DNA of 24,428 bases from a virus (lineage: Duplodnaviria > Caudoviricetes). Of the stretch, positions 9,950 through 19,263 are shown piece by piece (the stretch's first letter is position 1; every line of letters begins with the position of its first letter). Where the stretch lies: IMG/VR virus record IMGVR_UViG_3300037991_000410, positions 1 through 24,428 of that record, one strand, 5' to 3'. The notes under the pieces were generated by a model. The model saw only the letters and a program-made list of their open reading frames with translations. It did not search any database and was not told the DNA's origin. Made by a program: the position numbers and the translations under genes.

Positions 9950-10302
9950 TATGATGCTGGTTCAAATACTTGTCTGAAAGTTGCCTGAATCGTAGCTCTA
10001 TTGTTATATGGTATTGATTTACTCCATTGTTCGCAAACAAATTCAGAAGATGAACTTTCACCTGGTGGAGTAAAAGTAAAGCTGTCTGAATCGTTTGCAC
10101 GGGCATCAAGGAATGTTTCTATTTCATCTGATTCTGTTTCTGAGACATTGAAAGTAAAATTAAAAACTTTTGGATTTTGATGTTGTGCTAGTCCAAATAA
10201 TATTCTGTGTTCATAGCCATCTGCAAAACGAACTGTTCTAGTTAATGGTGCAGACCTTTTCTGTTGGCCATAAGTAGGTTTTATTGAGGGAAACGTAGCC
10301 AT
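9949..10302 (-). CDS. Minor tail protein, lambda gpM-like (distal tail)
   Basis: VRFADGYEHR, FLDAR, FTFTPPGE, ATFRQVFEP. Confidence 0.92.
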   Translation of the reverse strand: MATFPSIKPTYGQQKRSAPLTRTVRFADGYEHRILFGLAQHQNPKVFNFTFNVSETESDEIETFLDARANDSDSFTFTPPGESSSSEFVCEQWSKSIPYNNRATIQATFRQVFEPAS

Positions 10303-12830
10303 TATGCAAGTAATCCTCCTGGTCTTTTCTGTTGTAATATTTCAGATTGTACTGCAACTGAGATAAGACGACCAAGTTCTCTACTCTGCTGTTCATCTCC
10401 TTCAACGTTAGATCCAGAAGCATCAACATTTACTACTACGTTAGTAGAACCACCGAGTGCATGGTTCGGAATAATACTGCCAGCAGTTCCAGGAACAAAA
10501 AGTTCTGGCCCTCTTTCTCCAACTATGGAAGCTCTACCTACTCTTGGTCTACCTCCATTTGCAAAACTATCCATGGTTACTCCACTAGCAGGTCCTCGAT
10601 TAAAACCTGCAAAAACATCAGTTGTTCCACCTCCTCCACCGCCACCCCTAAATAAACCGCCAAGTAACCCAAAGAATCCACCACCGCCTAAACTTCCCTG
10701 CATATTTCCAAAGAAAGCCATGTTAAATGCTGCGTCTATCAACTTGTTCAGTACGCTGCTTAATACATCGTTGAGTGTGGAAGTGCCACGAATCATACCT
10801 TTTATGCCATCGGATATGTCAGTTGCTATTGTTTGAGACATTCTTTCAAACGCTGCTGCTGTCTCTTCAGCCAACTGTCTTTCTTTTTGTAAATTTTGTA
10901 GGTGCTTAAGTTTGTTACGGATTTCAGCTTCGTCTTTTATTTCCCTATCTTGTTTCATTTGCATTATCTGTTTTTCTATTTCAAGTTCATCTGTAGATAG
11001 CCCCATAGATTTTTCTAATAGTACTATTTCATCAGTTATATTTTTTACTCTTTGTTTCTGTATATCTGCCAGTAGTTTTTCAACAGCAGCCTGTTCCTGA
11101 TTTTTATTAACTGTCTTTTGTCTCTCAAAAATAGCATCTCTAGCTTGATTAGCACTGGTTATTCCTGGAAACTCTGCTAATAACGCTTTTTCTTCTTCGC
11201 TTCTAAAGAAAGGAGCCTTCATCAGAAGATCCCGTGCCCTAATTAATTTTTGAGTCTCTAAATCATCTGATACTTCAGCTTGTCTCATTAAATTAGCGTT
11301 ACTTACTGTTCTAAGTAACGCTGCACCTAGGCCACTTGTCTTTAAGAAAGATGCAAAGCCCGCTTTCATCTGAGTCATTGCTATCGTAAATTGATTTGCA
11401 AGTTCTGTAGTTCCTTTACCAAACTGTTGTAAAGCGATTACTCCCTCTTGGCCTACTATATTAATCATTCTTTCTCTGGCTGCTGCAAACGCTTCTTCTT
11501 CGCCACCTAATTTTTCTAAGGTTTTTAAATTCTTTTCAAACTCTGTTCCAGTGATTCCTAATGCTGCTGATACTGCTTCTATATCTTTAGTAGCGTCATT
11601 CAGTGCTTGTCCTAGTTTTGATGTTTCTGTTGCAAACTGTTGGACTGCTGTGGCTGCTGCGGTAGCGACAAGACCTCCAGCGAATCCACCCATTTGACCA
11701 CCAAACTGTTCGCCAAGTCCACCTCCTAAGAATCCTGCTGCACCTACTAGAGGACCCTGCCCAAACAGTAACGGAAAAGCACCACTGATAAGCGCACTTT
11801 GAAAACCAAAACCACCTTTAGGTGCTGGACCAGGTAATAGTTGCCCATCAGGACTGAAGTTCAGAGGGCTGCTGGCTCCCATAGGAAACTTGAATGAAGC
11901 CCCTCGTCTACGCTCTTTATTTTGTTCCCGTAATAGTTTTAATTTATTTTGCTCTTTAGTTATTCCAGCAGTAAGTTCATTATTCAGGCGTTGAATTGAT
12001 CCGAAGTCTCTTCTATTTTGAGCGTCTACAAGTTCGCCCATCTTAACTCTTAGTTTTGTAGTATTTACTCTCTTAACTTCCAACATATTCAACTGATGAT
12101 TAAACCTTAATCGCTTCATCTGCTGATTAATTCTTGTATTTATGTCCATAGCTTCTGGACCTTTACCGAAAGCCTTTAGCTGGCTGGCAGTTGCTATCTG
12201 CGGTCCAAACGGAACACTTGTCTGTTGTCTACCCTGAGTTCCTAAATCTAATATTTTTATGCCTCGTTTATCGGGCTTCAGCATCTCTGTGCTTGGAAGC
12301 CCAAGTAGATTATTTGGTCCAATTCCTCTACGCTTGTCCATAAACGCAGCAGTAGTTCCAGCCGTTCTATTTAAAGCTGCTTCTGTTCTTTTTAGTCCTA
12401 CAAGTTGTGCGAGAGTTCTAACTCTATCTCTATCTACACCAGCATTTTTTATGTTTGCCTCCAGTTGTTTTTCTAATGTTTTCAGTTCTTCGGCTACAAA
12501 TTTCTGAGCATCTTTGGCTGTCTGGAATCTACCTTTTTCTGTGTGCCTAGCTGCACTTTTTAGTTCTAATCTTAATTTGTCTAACTTTATTCCCTGTTCT
12601 TCAAATTTTCTTATTTGATCTCCTAAACGTCTAGTACGGTGCATCATAGAGAACTTCTTGTCCTCTAACGCAAGTTGCTGTTTCTTAATAAGAGTTGCTT
12701 TACTCTCTATTCGTAGTGGATTGTTTAAACTAGCTCTTAATTTATTTACACGCTTTTCTAATGCTTCTAGTTGAACTCTAGCTGGCTTAGTATTTAATTT
12801 TATATTTACGCTGTAATTTGATGCTGCCAC
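10302..12830 (-). CDS. Tail tape measure protein
   Basis: 842 aa, helical/coiled-coil with Gly-rich hydrophobic stretches. C-terminal FANGG...VGERGPELFVP and QQKRPGGLL; lies between chaperone and gpM. Confidence 0.92.
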   Translation of the reverse strand: MAASNYSVNIKLNTKPARVQLEALEKRVNKLRASLNNPLRIESKATLIKKQQLALEDKKFSMMHRTRRLGDQIRKFEEQGIKLDKLRLELKSAARHTEKGRFQTAKDAQKFVAEELKTLEKQLEANIKNAGVDRDRVRTLAQLVGLKRTEAALNRTAGTTAAFMDKRRGIGPNNLLGLPSTEMLKPDKRGIKILDLGTQGRQQTSVPFGPQIATASQLKAFGKGPEAMDINTRINQQMKRLRFNHQLNMLEVKRVNTTKLRVKMGELVDAQNRRDFGSIQRLNNELTAGITKEQNKLKLLREQNKERRRGASFKFPMGASSPLNFSPDGQLLPGPAPKGGFGFQSALISGAFPLLFGQGPLVGAAGFLGGGLGEQFGGQMGGFAGGLVATAAATAVQQFATETSKLGQALNDATKDIEAVSAALGITGTEFEKNLKTLEKLGGEEEAFAAARERMINIVGQEGVIALQQFGKGTTELANQFTIAMTQMKAGFASFLKTSGLGAALLRTVSNANLMRQAEVSDDLETQKLIRARDLLMKAPFFRSEEEKALLAEFPGITSANQARDAIFERQKTVNKNQEQAAVEKLLADIQKQRVKNITDEIVLLEKSMGLSTDELEIEKQIMQMKQDREIKDEAEIRNKLKHLQNLQKERQLAEETAAAFERMSQTIATDISDGIKGMIRGTSTLNDVLSSVLNKLIDAAFNMAFFGNMQGSLGGGGFFGLLGGLFRGGGGGGGTTDVFAGFNRGPASGVTMDSFANGGRPRVGRASIVGERGPELFVPGTAGSIIPNHALGGSTNVVVNVDASGSNVEGDEQQSRELGRLISVAVQSEILQQKRPGGLLA

Positions 12831-12859
12831 TTACACAAAAATTACTAGATAGAACAAGT

Positions 12860-13063
12860 TTAGCGTACTTTGCGTGTCTGGGCTTGTCTTTTTGCTTTTT
12901 CGTAAGCTTGTTCTTCTCGTTCAGATTTTATTTGAAAGTATGCGTTCCATGCGTACAGTTCTTGAATAGACATATTTTCTCTTACTTCTCGGTGTGTGTA
13001 ACCTAGTTTTTCCGCGATAAAAAATTGTAAATATATAAAATTATCTTTTTCTAACTTAGCTTT
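12860..13063 (-). CDS. Tail assembly chaperone gpT-like extension (probably translated by frameshift from 13056..13421)
   Basis: Unlisted 67-codon frame KAKLEKDNFIYLQFFIAEKLGYTHREVRENMSIQELYAWNAYFQIKSEREEQAYEKAKRQAQTRKVR. No ATG/GTG/TTG precedes the conserved F-x-A-x-x-LG-x-T part. Confidence 0.8.
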   Translation of the reverse strand, partial: KAKLEKDNFIYLQFFIAEKLGYTHREVRENMSIQELYAWNAYFQIKSEREEQAYEKAKRQAQTRKVR

Positions 13064-13421
13064 TTACGGCATCGGGGCTTTCCTCCTCGCCCATACTTTG
13101 CATCTTGGTCATTATGTCTAACAGAACTGCTAGTGGTATTTCTCTTCGTAAAGAAGGTAAATCTGCTGCTGTAAATAACTTTGCTCCTGATTCATCTTCA
13201 GCTTTTGTAACAATAACCTGTAGTGCGAAATCAAGACTACCTTCTTCTTGACCCTTGTTCATAGCTAATAGTGTAGTGTTTATTGTGTCTCTATCAGCTA
13301 TAGTTAGAGGCGACCAGAATATCTTTAGTATCAGTTCTTCTCCTTTTAAAATGGAGTAGCTACTGCGTTCTTCTACACTAAAGGCTTTCTTTAGTTTGTC
13401 GATTGCTCTTACTGTTGGCAT
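13056..13421 (-). CDS. Tail assembly chaperone, gpG-like
   Basis: 121 aa with PLTIADR and KAEDESGAKLF; upstream of the tape measure gene with an overlapping T-like frame. Confidence 0.8.
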   Translation of the reverse strand: MPTVRAIDKLKKAFSVEERSSYSILKGEELILKIFWSPLTIADRDTINTTLLAMNKGQEEGSLDFALQVIVTKAEDESGAKLFTAADLPSLRREIPLAVLLDIMTKMQSMGEEESPDAVKS

Positions 13422-13454
13422 AAAAATATATATCTATTCCTGTAGTATAGCTTA

Positions 13455-14045
13455 TTAATCGAAACTTACATTTTTAGCCTTAAATGTTTCTGATAATCCT
13501 AGAGCTATAGCAGATTCGTACTGTGCAGTTTGCATATAAACTTTAAACCAATCTGGATTCTTACTCGGTGGTGTTATTCGATTCTCAACATTCTTATCAT
13601 GCTGCTCGTAGGTTACACCATCAGGATCGCCTACTGGTGCAGTAGCTCCTGGATTATTTACAGCAAAACCAGCATACTCAGCTTCGTTACCAATATAGAG
13701 CTCTTTGTTAAGGGGAACTCTCTTGGGTCGTTTTCTTTTCGGTAAAAATCTATTTGTTCGTATTTGATTTATGATACTGCCACCTTCTTCAGAACCCTCT
13801 TCATCTGTTATCCAGCCTAAAGGAACATCATAGGCTTGTCTCTCTTTTGACCTAGCAGTGCTTTTCTTAATAGGTTCTACTGGAGTTTCACTTACTTTCC
13901 AACTTGTAGCAAAGTGTCCTGTCCACCACGGTCCAGATTCTTGAAGATCCTGTACCATTATGGCTGCTACTTTGCTTTTTAATTTGATAAGATCCTCTTC
14001 AAGATCGTTCGTTAAAAATCTAATGTCTTTGTTAGGCATTGGCAC
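13455..14045 (-). CDS. HK97 gp10-like neck/tail-completion protein
   Basis: GPWWTGHFATSW and LYIGNEAEYA motifs. Confidence 0.7.
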   Translation of the reverse strand: MPMPNKDIRFLTNDLEEDLIKLKSKVAAIMVQDLQESGPWWTGHFATSWKVSETPVEPIKKSTARSKERQAYDVPLGWITDEEGSEEGGSIINQIRTNRFLPKRKRPKRVPLNKELYIGNEAEYAGFAVNNPGATAPVGDPDGVTYEQHDKNVENRITPPSKNPDWFKVYMQTAQYESAIALGLSETFKAKNVSFD

Positions 14046-14460
14046 TAAAATTGCAACTTACTACAGATAGAAAGTGACTCTCTCTTTCTGTGGTTACTGA
14101 AGTTGGTCCTGCTATTTGAGATACACGAGGAGATACTGAGAAAGTGTCGGTATATGTTGAAGAGTTTACTGAGGTCAATCCATCTATAATTGACTCTGCA
14201 ATTTCGGCTGCTGCTGCTGTTCCTTTGTTTTTTGGGGTCATAACACCACAAGTAATTGTTCCAGCATAATAATCTTGTGCTGCTCCCTGAGTTTGATTAG
14301 TTGATTGTGTAAAGTCTAGGCTAACCATTACATACTTTTTCCTTAACCCTGGCTGATTAAATGGTGTATTATCGAATACTACAATAACTGTAGGATCAAC
14401 TTCTTGAACCTTGTTTTGTATCGCAGTTTCAAAAGCTGCTCGTGTGTTTACTAAGCTCAT
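14032..14460 (-). CDS. Putative tail terminator protein
   Basis: 142 aa with VVFDNTPF and TPKNKGT; in the head-tail joining cluster. Confidence 0.65.
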   Translation of the reverse strand: MSLVNTRAAFETAIQNKVQEVDPTVIVVFDNTPFNQPGLRKKYVMVSLDFTQSTNQTQGAAQDYYAGTITCGVMTPKNKGTAAAAEIAESIIDGLTSVNSSTYTDTFSVSPRVSQIAGPTSVTTERESHFLSVVSCNFSANA

Positions 14461-14843
14461 TAGAAAATTACATCAATACGGAACAGGTATTCCTGTCCTC
14501 CTTTTAATGTGCGTATATCTGTTATTTTAGCTCCTCTTGTCGATCCAGAGAATGTGAGAGTTATTTCATCTTGGAGTAGAGGTTGATTGTCACCTATCAA
14601 GTCTGGTGTAATGTAGAGTCTTGCAATGTTCTCCTGAAACCCAGATTCTTCAGTAGATTGCACAAACTCGATAGGTACTTTAATTGTATATGTAGTATCT
14701 ACAGTTATGTACTCTCCTTTGGCAGGATTATAACTAGATACACCTTTGCGTGTGTAAACAATGGAGGTGTCTAATGAGGTCCCAAGTTGAGACACCACTT
14801 GTTTTGCGATCTTTTTAAATGCTGCGTCTAGCTGTCCTGCCAT
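14460..14843 (-). CDS. Putative head closure protein
   Basis: 127 aa, beta-rich, YNPAKG motif; follows the adaptor gene with a TAATG overlap. Confidence 0.6.
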   Translation of the reverse strand: MAGQLDAAFKKIAKQVVSQLGTSLDTSIVYTRKGVSSYNPAKGEYITVDTTYTIKVPIEFVQSTEESGFQENIARLYITPDLIGDNQPLLQDEITLTFSGSTRGAKITDIRTLKGGQEYLFRIDVIF

Positions 14844-15373
14844 TAACCTCTAACTACCCTCATTTGGAAAGACCCTGCTCCCCCAAGTATATATGCACCC
14901 AGATAACTTTGTAGCCAAGGGTAAACATCTAAAATATTATTTATTGATCCTGTTCCCTGGCTATCAGTATTGTATTTAACTTCAATATCTCCTAGTTTTA
15001 CTTCAGAAAAGTTACCATCTGTTCCAGTAGTACCTGTGATAGCACCAGTATCATTTGCTAAAGCCCTAGCTAATTCATATTGTGCATATTTGATATTTAA
15101 AGGAATTGTACTGCAAGCTAGTTCTACACCATCTACTTGATAATTATTTCTCGGAAACTTTAGTGCTTGACCATCATCGCATCTATCTCCGTAAAATACA
15201 AAGCTGTCGATCCATCTAGTAGCGGATATTAGTGCTCTATTCTTTTGATCGTCTGTTTTATCTGTCCAGGTTGAGGAGTCTGGAACTGTCTCGAAGTAAG
15301 TGTTGGCTTCTGTAAGCGTGACATAGCTGTTAGCGTTAGCGTCTTTTACAGTTGCATTTATGGTGGCTGCCAC
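14843..15373 (-). CDS. Head-tail adaptor (DnaT-like family)
   Basis: ANSYVTLTEANTYF, ALISATRWID, QALKFPR, IPLNIKYAQYELA. Confidence 0.8.
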   Translation of the reverse strand: MAATINATVKDANANSYVTLTEANTYFETVPDSSTWTDKTDDQKNRALISATRWIDSFVFYGDRCDDGQALKFPRNNYQVDGVELACSTIPLNIKYAQYELARALANDTGAITGTTGTDGNFSEVKLGDIEVKYNTDSQGTGSINNILDVYPWLQSYLGAYILGGAGSFQMRVVRG

Positions 15374-15406
15374 GGCTATAAAGTAATTTTAGTTTTATTG
15401 TAGCGT

Positions 15407-15440
15407 AAAGAAAAAACCCCACCAATAATTGATGAGGTTT
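15407..15440 (-). terminator. Rho-independent terminator after the major capsid gene
   Basis: Minus strand AAACCTCATCAA-TTA-TTGGTGGGGTTT (12-bp stem with G-U pairs) followed by TTTCTTT. Confidence 0.8.
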
Positions 15441-15465
15441 AACGACCACCTACAGTTATATTCTA

Positions 15466-16554
15466 TTAAGAAATAGTAGATGTATCAAGTGGTGAGTTAA
15501 CGATTAGCTCAACTACAGGAATTAAGTCTACATCGTATGTAGCAGCCCAGTTGCTTGAGTTCATCAAAGCAGCGTTTGTTGGGTTGTCTGTAGCAGCACT
15601 CCACTTAGTACCCATGATGTGATAAGCACTATGGTAGTCAACAGACATAACATCTTGCTTAGATAAGATGTTTCTATCTGATTCAATACCTAGAGGAGAC
15701 TGTTCGCCTTCAAGAATTGTTCCTGACTTAATTAAGTAGCAACGGAACTCTTTTTGATGACCAGATGCACCTGGAGCAGATGTATTAACTTGAGAGTCAA
15801 TGACAACATTCATACCAGCAAATTGGCCGATGCTTCTTTCGTTAACACCGACACCGCCACCACCCCAAGTTACTGCACCACCAGTTGATAGAGCAGATGT
15901 TGAGAATGTAAGCATACCAACTTGATATAAGTAGTAAGCAACAGATGGATGAATTACTAGAGTATCTAACTCTTCGCCTCTTTCTCCAAGAAGTGATCTA
16001 CCTCTTGCAACTGTAGAAGCTGTCAAGAAGTTATCTTCATCAGCACCAGTACCAGCTTTTGCGATGTCAAGATGATTAGCACCTAGAGCACCAGAACCAC
16101 CAGCAAATAGTCCGTTTAGCAGACTGAATAATCTTGCTGAGTTTAGCTTGTTGATAGCATCTGCGATTTGGTTTCTGATGTGACCCATTGGATCTTCACC
16201 AGCAGCCAATACAGCTACGTCATCAACAGCATACGCAAAACCTCTATGACAGATAGTTGCGATCTGTGTTCCTGTACCAATCTTCTGTGGTGTCAAATAA
16301 CCAGAGTTACTTGTACCCCATGTTGCTGTACCATCTAAGATTTCCTCAGTTGGAGCGATTGGGTTAAATTCTGGAACTTGTATTCTTGTTCCACCTTCTG
16401 TTGCATCAAGAAGTGCATTACGCACAACAGCACCAGACTTAATAAATGCACTACGTTCCTTGATAGCTTCGGAAACGTATGTGCTGAGATTATTTCTCTT
16501 AACGATGTCCGCTAATAGGACACCGCCAGAATAATTCTGAAACGGAGCAGCCAT
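15466..16554 (-). CDS. Major capsid protein
   Basis: 362 aa after the scaffold gene. SAFIKSGAV, AAGEDPMGHIRNQIA, LVIHPSV, GMNVVID, IESDRNILSKQD. Confidence 0.92.
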   Translation of the reverse strand: MAAPFQNYSGGVLLADIVKRNNLSTYVSEAIKERSAFIKSGAVVRNALLDATEGGTRIQVPEFNPIAPTEEILDGTATWGTSNSGYLTPQKIGTGTQIATICHRGFAYAVDDVAVLAAGEDPMGHIRNQIADAINKLNSARLFSLLNGLFAGGSGALGANHLDIAKAGTGADEDNFLTASTVARGRSLLGERGEELDTLVIHPSVAYYLYQVGMLTFSTSALSTGGAVTWGGGGVGVNERSIGQFAGMNVVIDSQVNTSAPGASGHQKEFRCYLIKSGTILEGEQSPLGIESDRNILSKQDVMSVDYHSAYHIMGTKWSAATDNPTNAALMNSSNWAATYDVDLIPVVELIVNSPLDTSTIS

Positions 16555-16582
16555 TCAGATTACCTTTTTAACTTTTGCGATA

Positions 16583-16622
16583 CCCTAGTCACAGACAAGG
16601 GGATTAGTTTCACAGAAACTAA
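16583..16622 (-). promoter_or_regulatory. Tandem hairpins in the capsid gene leader
   Basis: Minus strand TTAGTTTC-TGT-GAAACTAA and CCCTTGTC-TGT-GACTAGGG. Confidence 0.6.
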
Positions 16623-17345
16623 CTATTTTTGAGCCTCTTGTTTCAGCACTGCTGCCATTTGAGGATCTTGTTCTAATAGTAGCATTTGTTGTGTGAGATT
16701 GCCCGTTTTCCAAGGGTTTACAGGTCCTCCACCAGCATTTGCTACGGGGCTTGGTTTAGCACCCATTCCAGCAGCAGAACTTGGTTTGAAATGATGCTCA
16801 TAACCACTACCAGGGTTTTTGAGACTCATGAGATACGAATTAAGATCCTGCTCTACACCACCATTGAGGACAACTACTTTTCCTTCAGCGTTCTTTTGTA
16901 ACTTATTTTGTAACAAAGAGAGCATCTGCTCTGCATTTATAACTCCTTGGTTACTAATAGCTGCAAGTGCTGTTGTCCTTGTAGAAGCTGTTTCGTGAGA
17001 ATTTTTCATTTCCTCAAGTTGTTGGGTAAGGCTAATTATCTGCTGGTCTTTGTCCTGTGCAGTTTTGTTTGCCTCTTCCCAAAGAGTTTTCCATTGACCT
17101 TGCTCTTCTAGGTCTTTGGTACGTTTTTCTTCTTTCTGTTTGTAAACTTCGTCTAGTTTACCCTTGATGCCTTTAAATTTTTCCTGTGCCTCGGCAGCTT
17201 CTTTACGGGCAGCAGCTACCTGTTCTTCATATTGCTTCTTGATACTATCAAGATTAGGTGCTTGTGGTTGAGAAGTAGTTTCAGCCACGGGCTGTTCAGC
17301 GTTGGTCACAGACTCAGGCTGAATTACTTTTTCTTCTAATTCCAT
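16623..17345 (-). CDS. Capsid scaffolding protein
   Basis: 240 aa, acidic coiled coil, EEQGQWKTL, C-terminal NPWK motif; directly upstream of the capsid gene. Confidence 0.85.
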   Translation of the reverse strand: MELEEKVIQPESVTNAEQPVAETTSQPQAPNLDSIKKQYEEQVAAARKEAAEAQEKFKGIKGKLDEVYKQKEEKRTKDLEEQGQWKTLWEEANKTAQDKDQQIISLTQQLEEMKNSHETASTRTTALAAISNQGVINAEQMLSLLQNKLQKNAEGKVVVLNGGVEQDLNSYLMSLKNPGSGYEHHFKPSSAAGMGAKPSPVANAGGGPVNPWKTGNLTQQMLLLEQDPQMAAVLKQEAQK

Positions 17346-17348
17346 TAA

Positions 17349-17519
17349 TTACTCAGATAGTGGGCTGTCGGTTTTCTTTTTAGCAACTTTCTTTTTGGTT
17401 GCTTTTGGTTCAGGAGCAGGACAGGCTTCAGCAGTTTTTTGTGCTTCAGTCTTAGGTTCTACTAATTCCCATTTATATGTTCCGTCAGGTTGCAGAACAT
17501 GGTCTATAGATCCAGCCAT
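17349..17519 (-). CDS. Small hypothetical protein (56 aa)
   Basis: Unlisted ORF MAGSIDHVLQPDGTYKWELVEPKTEAQKTAEACPAPEPKATKKKVAKKKTDSPLSE fills the portal-scaffold gap. Confidence 0.7.
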   Translation of the reverse strand: MAGSIDHVLQPDGTYKWELVEPKTEAQKTAEACPAPEPKATKKKVAKKKTDSPLSE

Positions 17520-17541
17520 AAATTTTATGTACTTATATACT

Positions 17542-17550
17542 ATTGTAGCA
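17542..17550 (-). promoter_or_regulatory. Extended -10 promoter for the scaffold/capsid unit
   Basis: TGCTACAAT (TGn-TACAAT) 22 nt upstream of the ATG at 17519. Confidence 0.6.
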
Positions 17551-17552
17551 GC

Positions 17553-18995
17553 TTATTCGGGTTTGGCTTCGTTAGCTGTTGGTAAAACTTCACCTTGTAC
17601 CAAAATATCTCTAAATTCTTCTCTATCAATAACCTGTTGATCGAATAATGATGTTAAAGCTGTAATATCTTGTCCGATTAATCTTTCAATATCGAAGTCT
17701 CTGCTTATTTTTACTTCAGGTGGTTCGATTCCAACATAATCGGCTGATAGATTAAAGGCTTTTTGTAGTTTCTGCTCTAACTCCATAGATACCATCGCAA
17801 GCATGGAGTTTGTATCTACACGATCTAGCCTACGAGCATCTGCCGATTCAGCTACAAATTTCTGTTGTGATAATGTACTGATTCCGAGTGTTGCCATCTG
17901 CATCTGAAGTTCTTTTATCTCTGCTGATTGCGCATCAAAAGCACTGGAAGCTGGCTCTACATAATAAATTTTATTTCCAGGCTGTGTAGCCATCGCATAA
18001 TTTACAGATATAGCAAGGTCTTTGGTTTGATCGTCATAACCTTCCATAACCAGTAACGGTTGTGAAGCAACGTGTAAACTGTGAATTAAGTCAGCTTGTC
18101 TTTGGAAGTGCGCAAGATTTAAGTATGCAATGTCCAGAAGAGGCGGTTTGCTGACTAAATTATCTGTTTTACCAGAATAAACTGTTACTAAAGGTATTTC
18201 TCCTAAAGAAAAACTACCAGATTCTACCTGTCGATAGTCTTTATCTGCTGAACCTACTTCAAAGTTACCAGTGACACTATTATCTGATACGTCATACATT
18301 TCTTCAATTTGTTCTTTTTTACGAAATACTCTGAATCTACCTGGCTCGATTACTCTTATCTGATCGAATACCTGTTCACCAAATTCACCATCTGGAAGCA
18401 CAGCTTTCTCAGCTAGTCTTACCTGTATCAAGTTTCCATAATTTGATTCTCTGTCTAGTCTCCAACCATATAAATTATTTGGGTCTATTTCAATCCAGTA
18501 TGGTCTGCGGTTTTGTTGACGTTCTTCTGCAAGACTGACTGCTCCTGAAGGTGCAGGATAATCTACAAGAATGTGACTTTGGCCGTATGTAAGAGAACAC
18601 ATTAGTATTCTTCGTGCGTATTCATCTAGATCTGACTTTCTTCCGTCTACGTCTGCCTTGAACATTTCTGTCCAATATGGGTCGCCTGTTAGTGTTATTG
18701 GTTTGCGTAATACTAAACCTGTAGCTGCTCTTATTAATCTTTGAGTAAACGGACTAAATACAGCACGATTTACTCTTGCGAGGTAGGCTTCGTAATCTTC
18801 TCTTGGTTCTAAAGGTAAAAATGCTTCGCTGTTTGTTCTTAAATAATCAGTTCCTTCAGTTACAGCTTTCATTATTTCCCAACCTTTCATCATGTCTAGG
18901 ACAGCCCTCGTGCGAGTAAAAGGGCTGTCTATCCCACCTACCGAAGTAGATGAAACAATGTTTGTTCTAATTGGTCCAGGTACAGCATAAGTCAT
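17553..18995 (-). CDS. Portal protein (DUF4055-like)
   Basis: 480 aa. FLPLEPRE..EAYLARVNRA, YGQSHILVDYP, KPPLLDIAYLNLAHFQ. Confidence 0.9.
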   Translation of the reverse strand: MTYAVPGPIRTNIVSSTSVGGIDSPFTRTRAVLDMMKGWEIMKAVTEGTDYLRTNSEAFLPLEPREDYEAYLARVNRAVFSPFTQRLIRAATGLVLRKPITLTGDPYWTEMFKADVDGRKSDLDEYARRILMCSLTYGQSHILVDYPAPSGAVSLAEERQQNRRPYWIEIDPNNLYGWRLDRESNYGNLIQVRLAEKAVLPDGEFGEQVFDQIRVIEPGRFRVFRKKEQIEEMYDVSDNSVTGNFEVGSADKDYRQVESGSFSLGEIPLVTVYSGKTDNLVSKPPLLDIAYLNLAHFQRQADLIHSLHVASQPLLVMEGYDDQTKDLAISVNYAMATQPGNKIYYVEPASSAFDAQSAEIKELQMQMATLGISTLSQQKFVAESADARRLDRVDTNSMLAMVSMELEQKLQKAFNLSADYVGIEPPEVKISRDFDIERLIGQDITALTSLFDQQVIDREEFRDILVQGEVLPTANEAKPE

Positions 18996-18996
18996 T

Positions 18997-19263
18997 TCAA
19001 CACCTCCATCGTTTTAATGCTAACGCTTTTCTAGTGGGTCGCCCTTTTTTATCTTTTAATGGACCTGGCATACCAGACATACGGGCACAAAATGATTTTC
19101 TTCTTGCTGCTCTTTTACCAGTAGGATTCTTTTCAGTAACAGGAGCTTTTAAATTACTACCAGTAGCACGATTGTATTTCGCACGACCTTTTGCAGTAAG
19201 TCCACCTTTTTTAGATTTTTCTCCTCTACCTACAGATAAACTGACTCCTTTACGTTTTCTCAT
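18997..19263 (-). CDS. Small basic protein (DUF6321-like)
   Basis: 88 aa, K/R rich, GGLTAKGR and RRKSFCARM motifs, ends in W-x-C. Confidence 0.8.
   Translation of the reverse strand: MRKRKGVSLSVGRGEKSKKGGLTAKGRAKYNRATGSNLKAPVTEKNPTGKRAARRKSFCARMSGMPGPLKDKKGRPTRKALALKRWRC

Noticed and set aside
10625-10690. Poly-Gly / C-rich tract in the tape measure gene
   Set aside because: Codons are mixed and Gly-rich linkers are normal near tape measure C-termini; it is not a phase-variable homopolymer.
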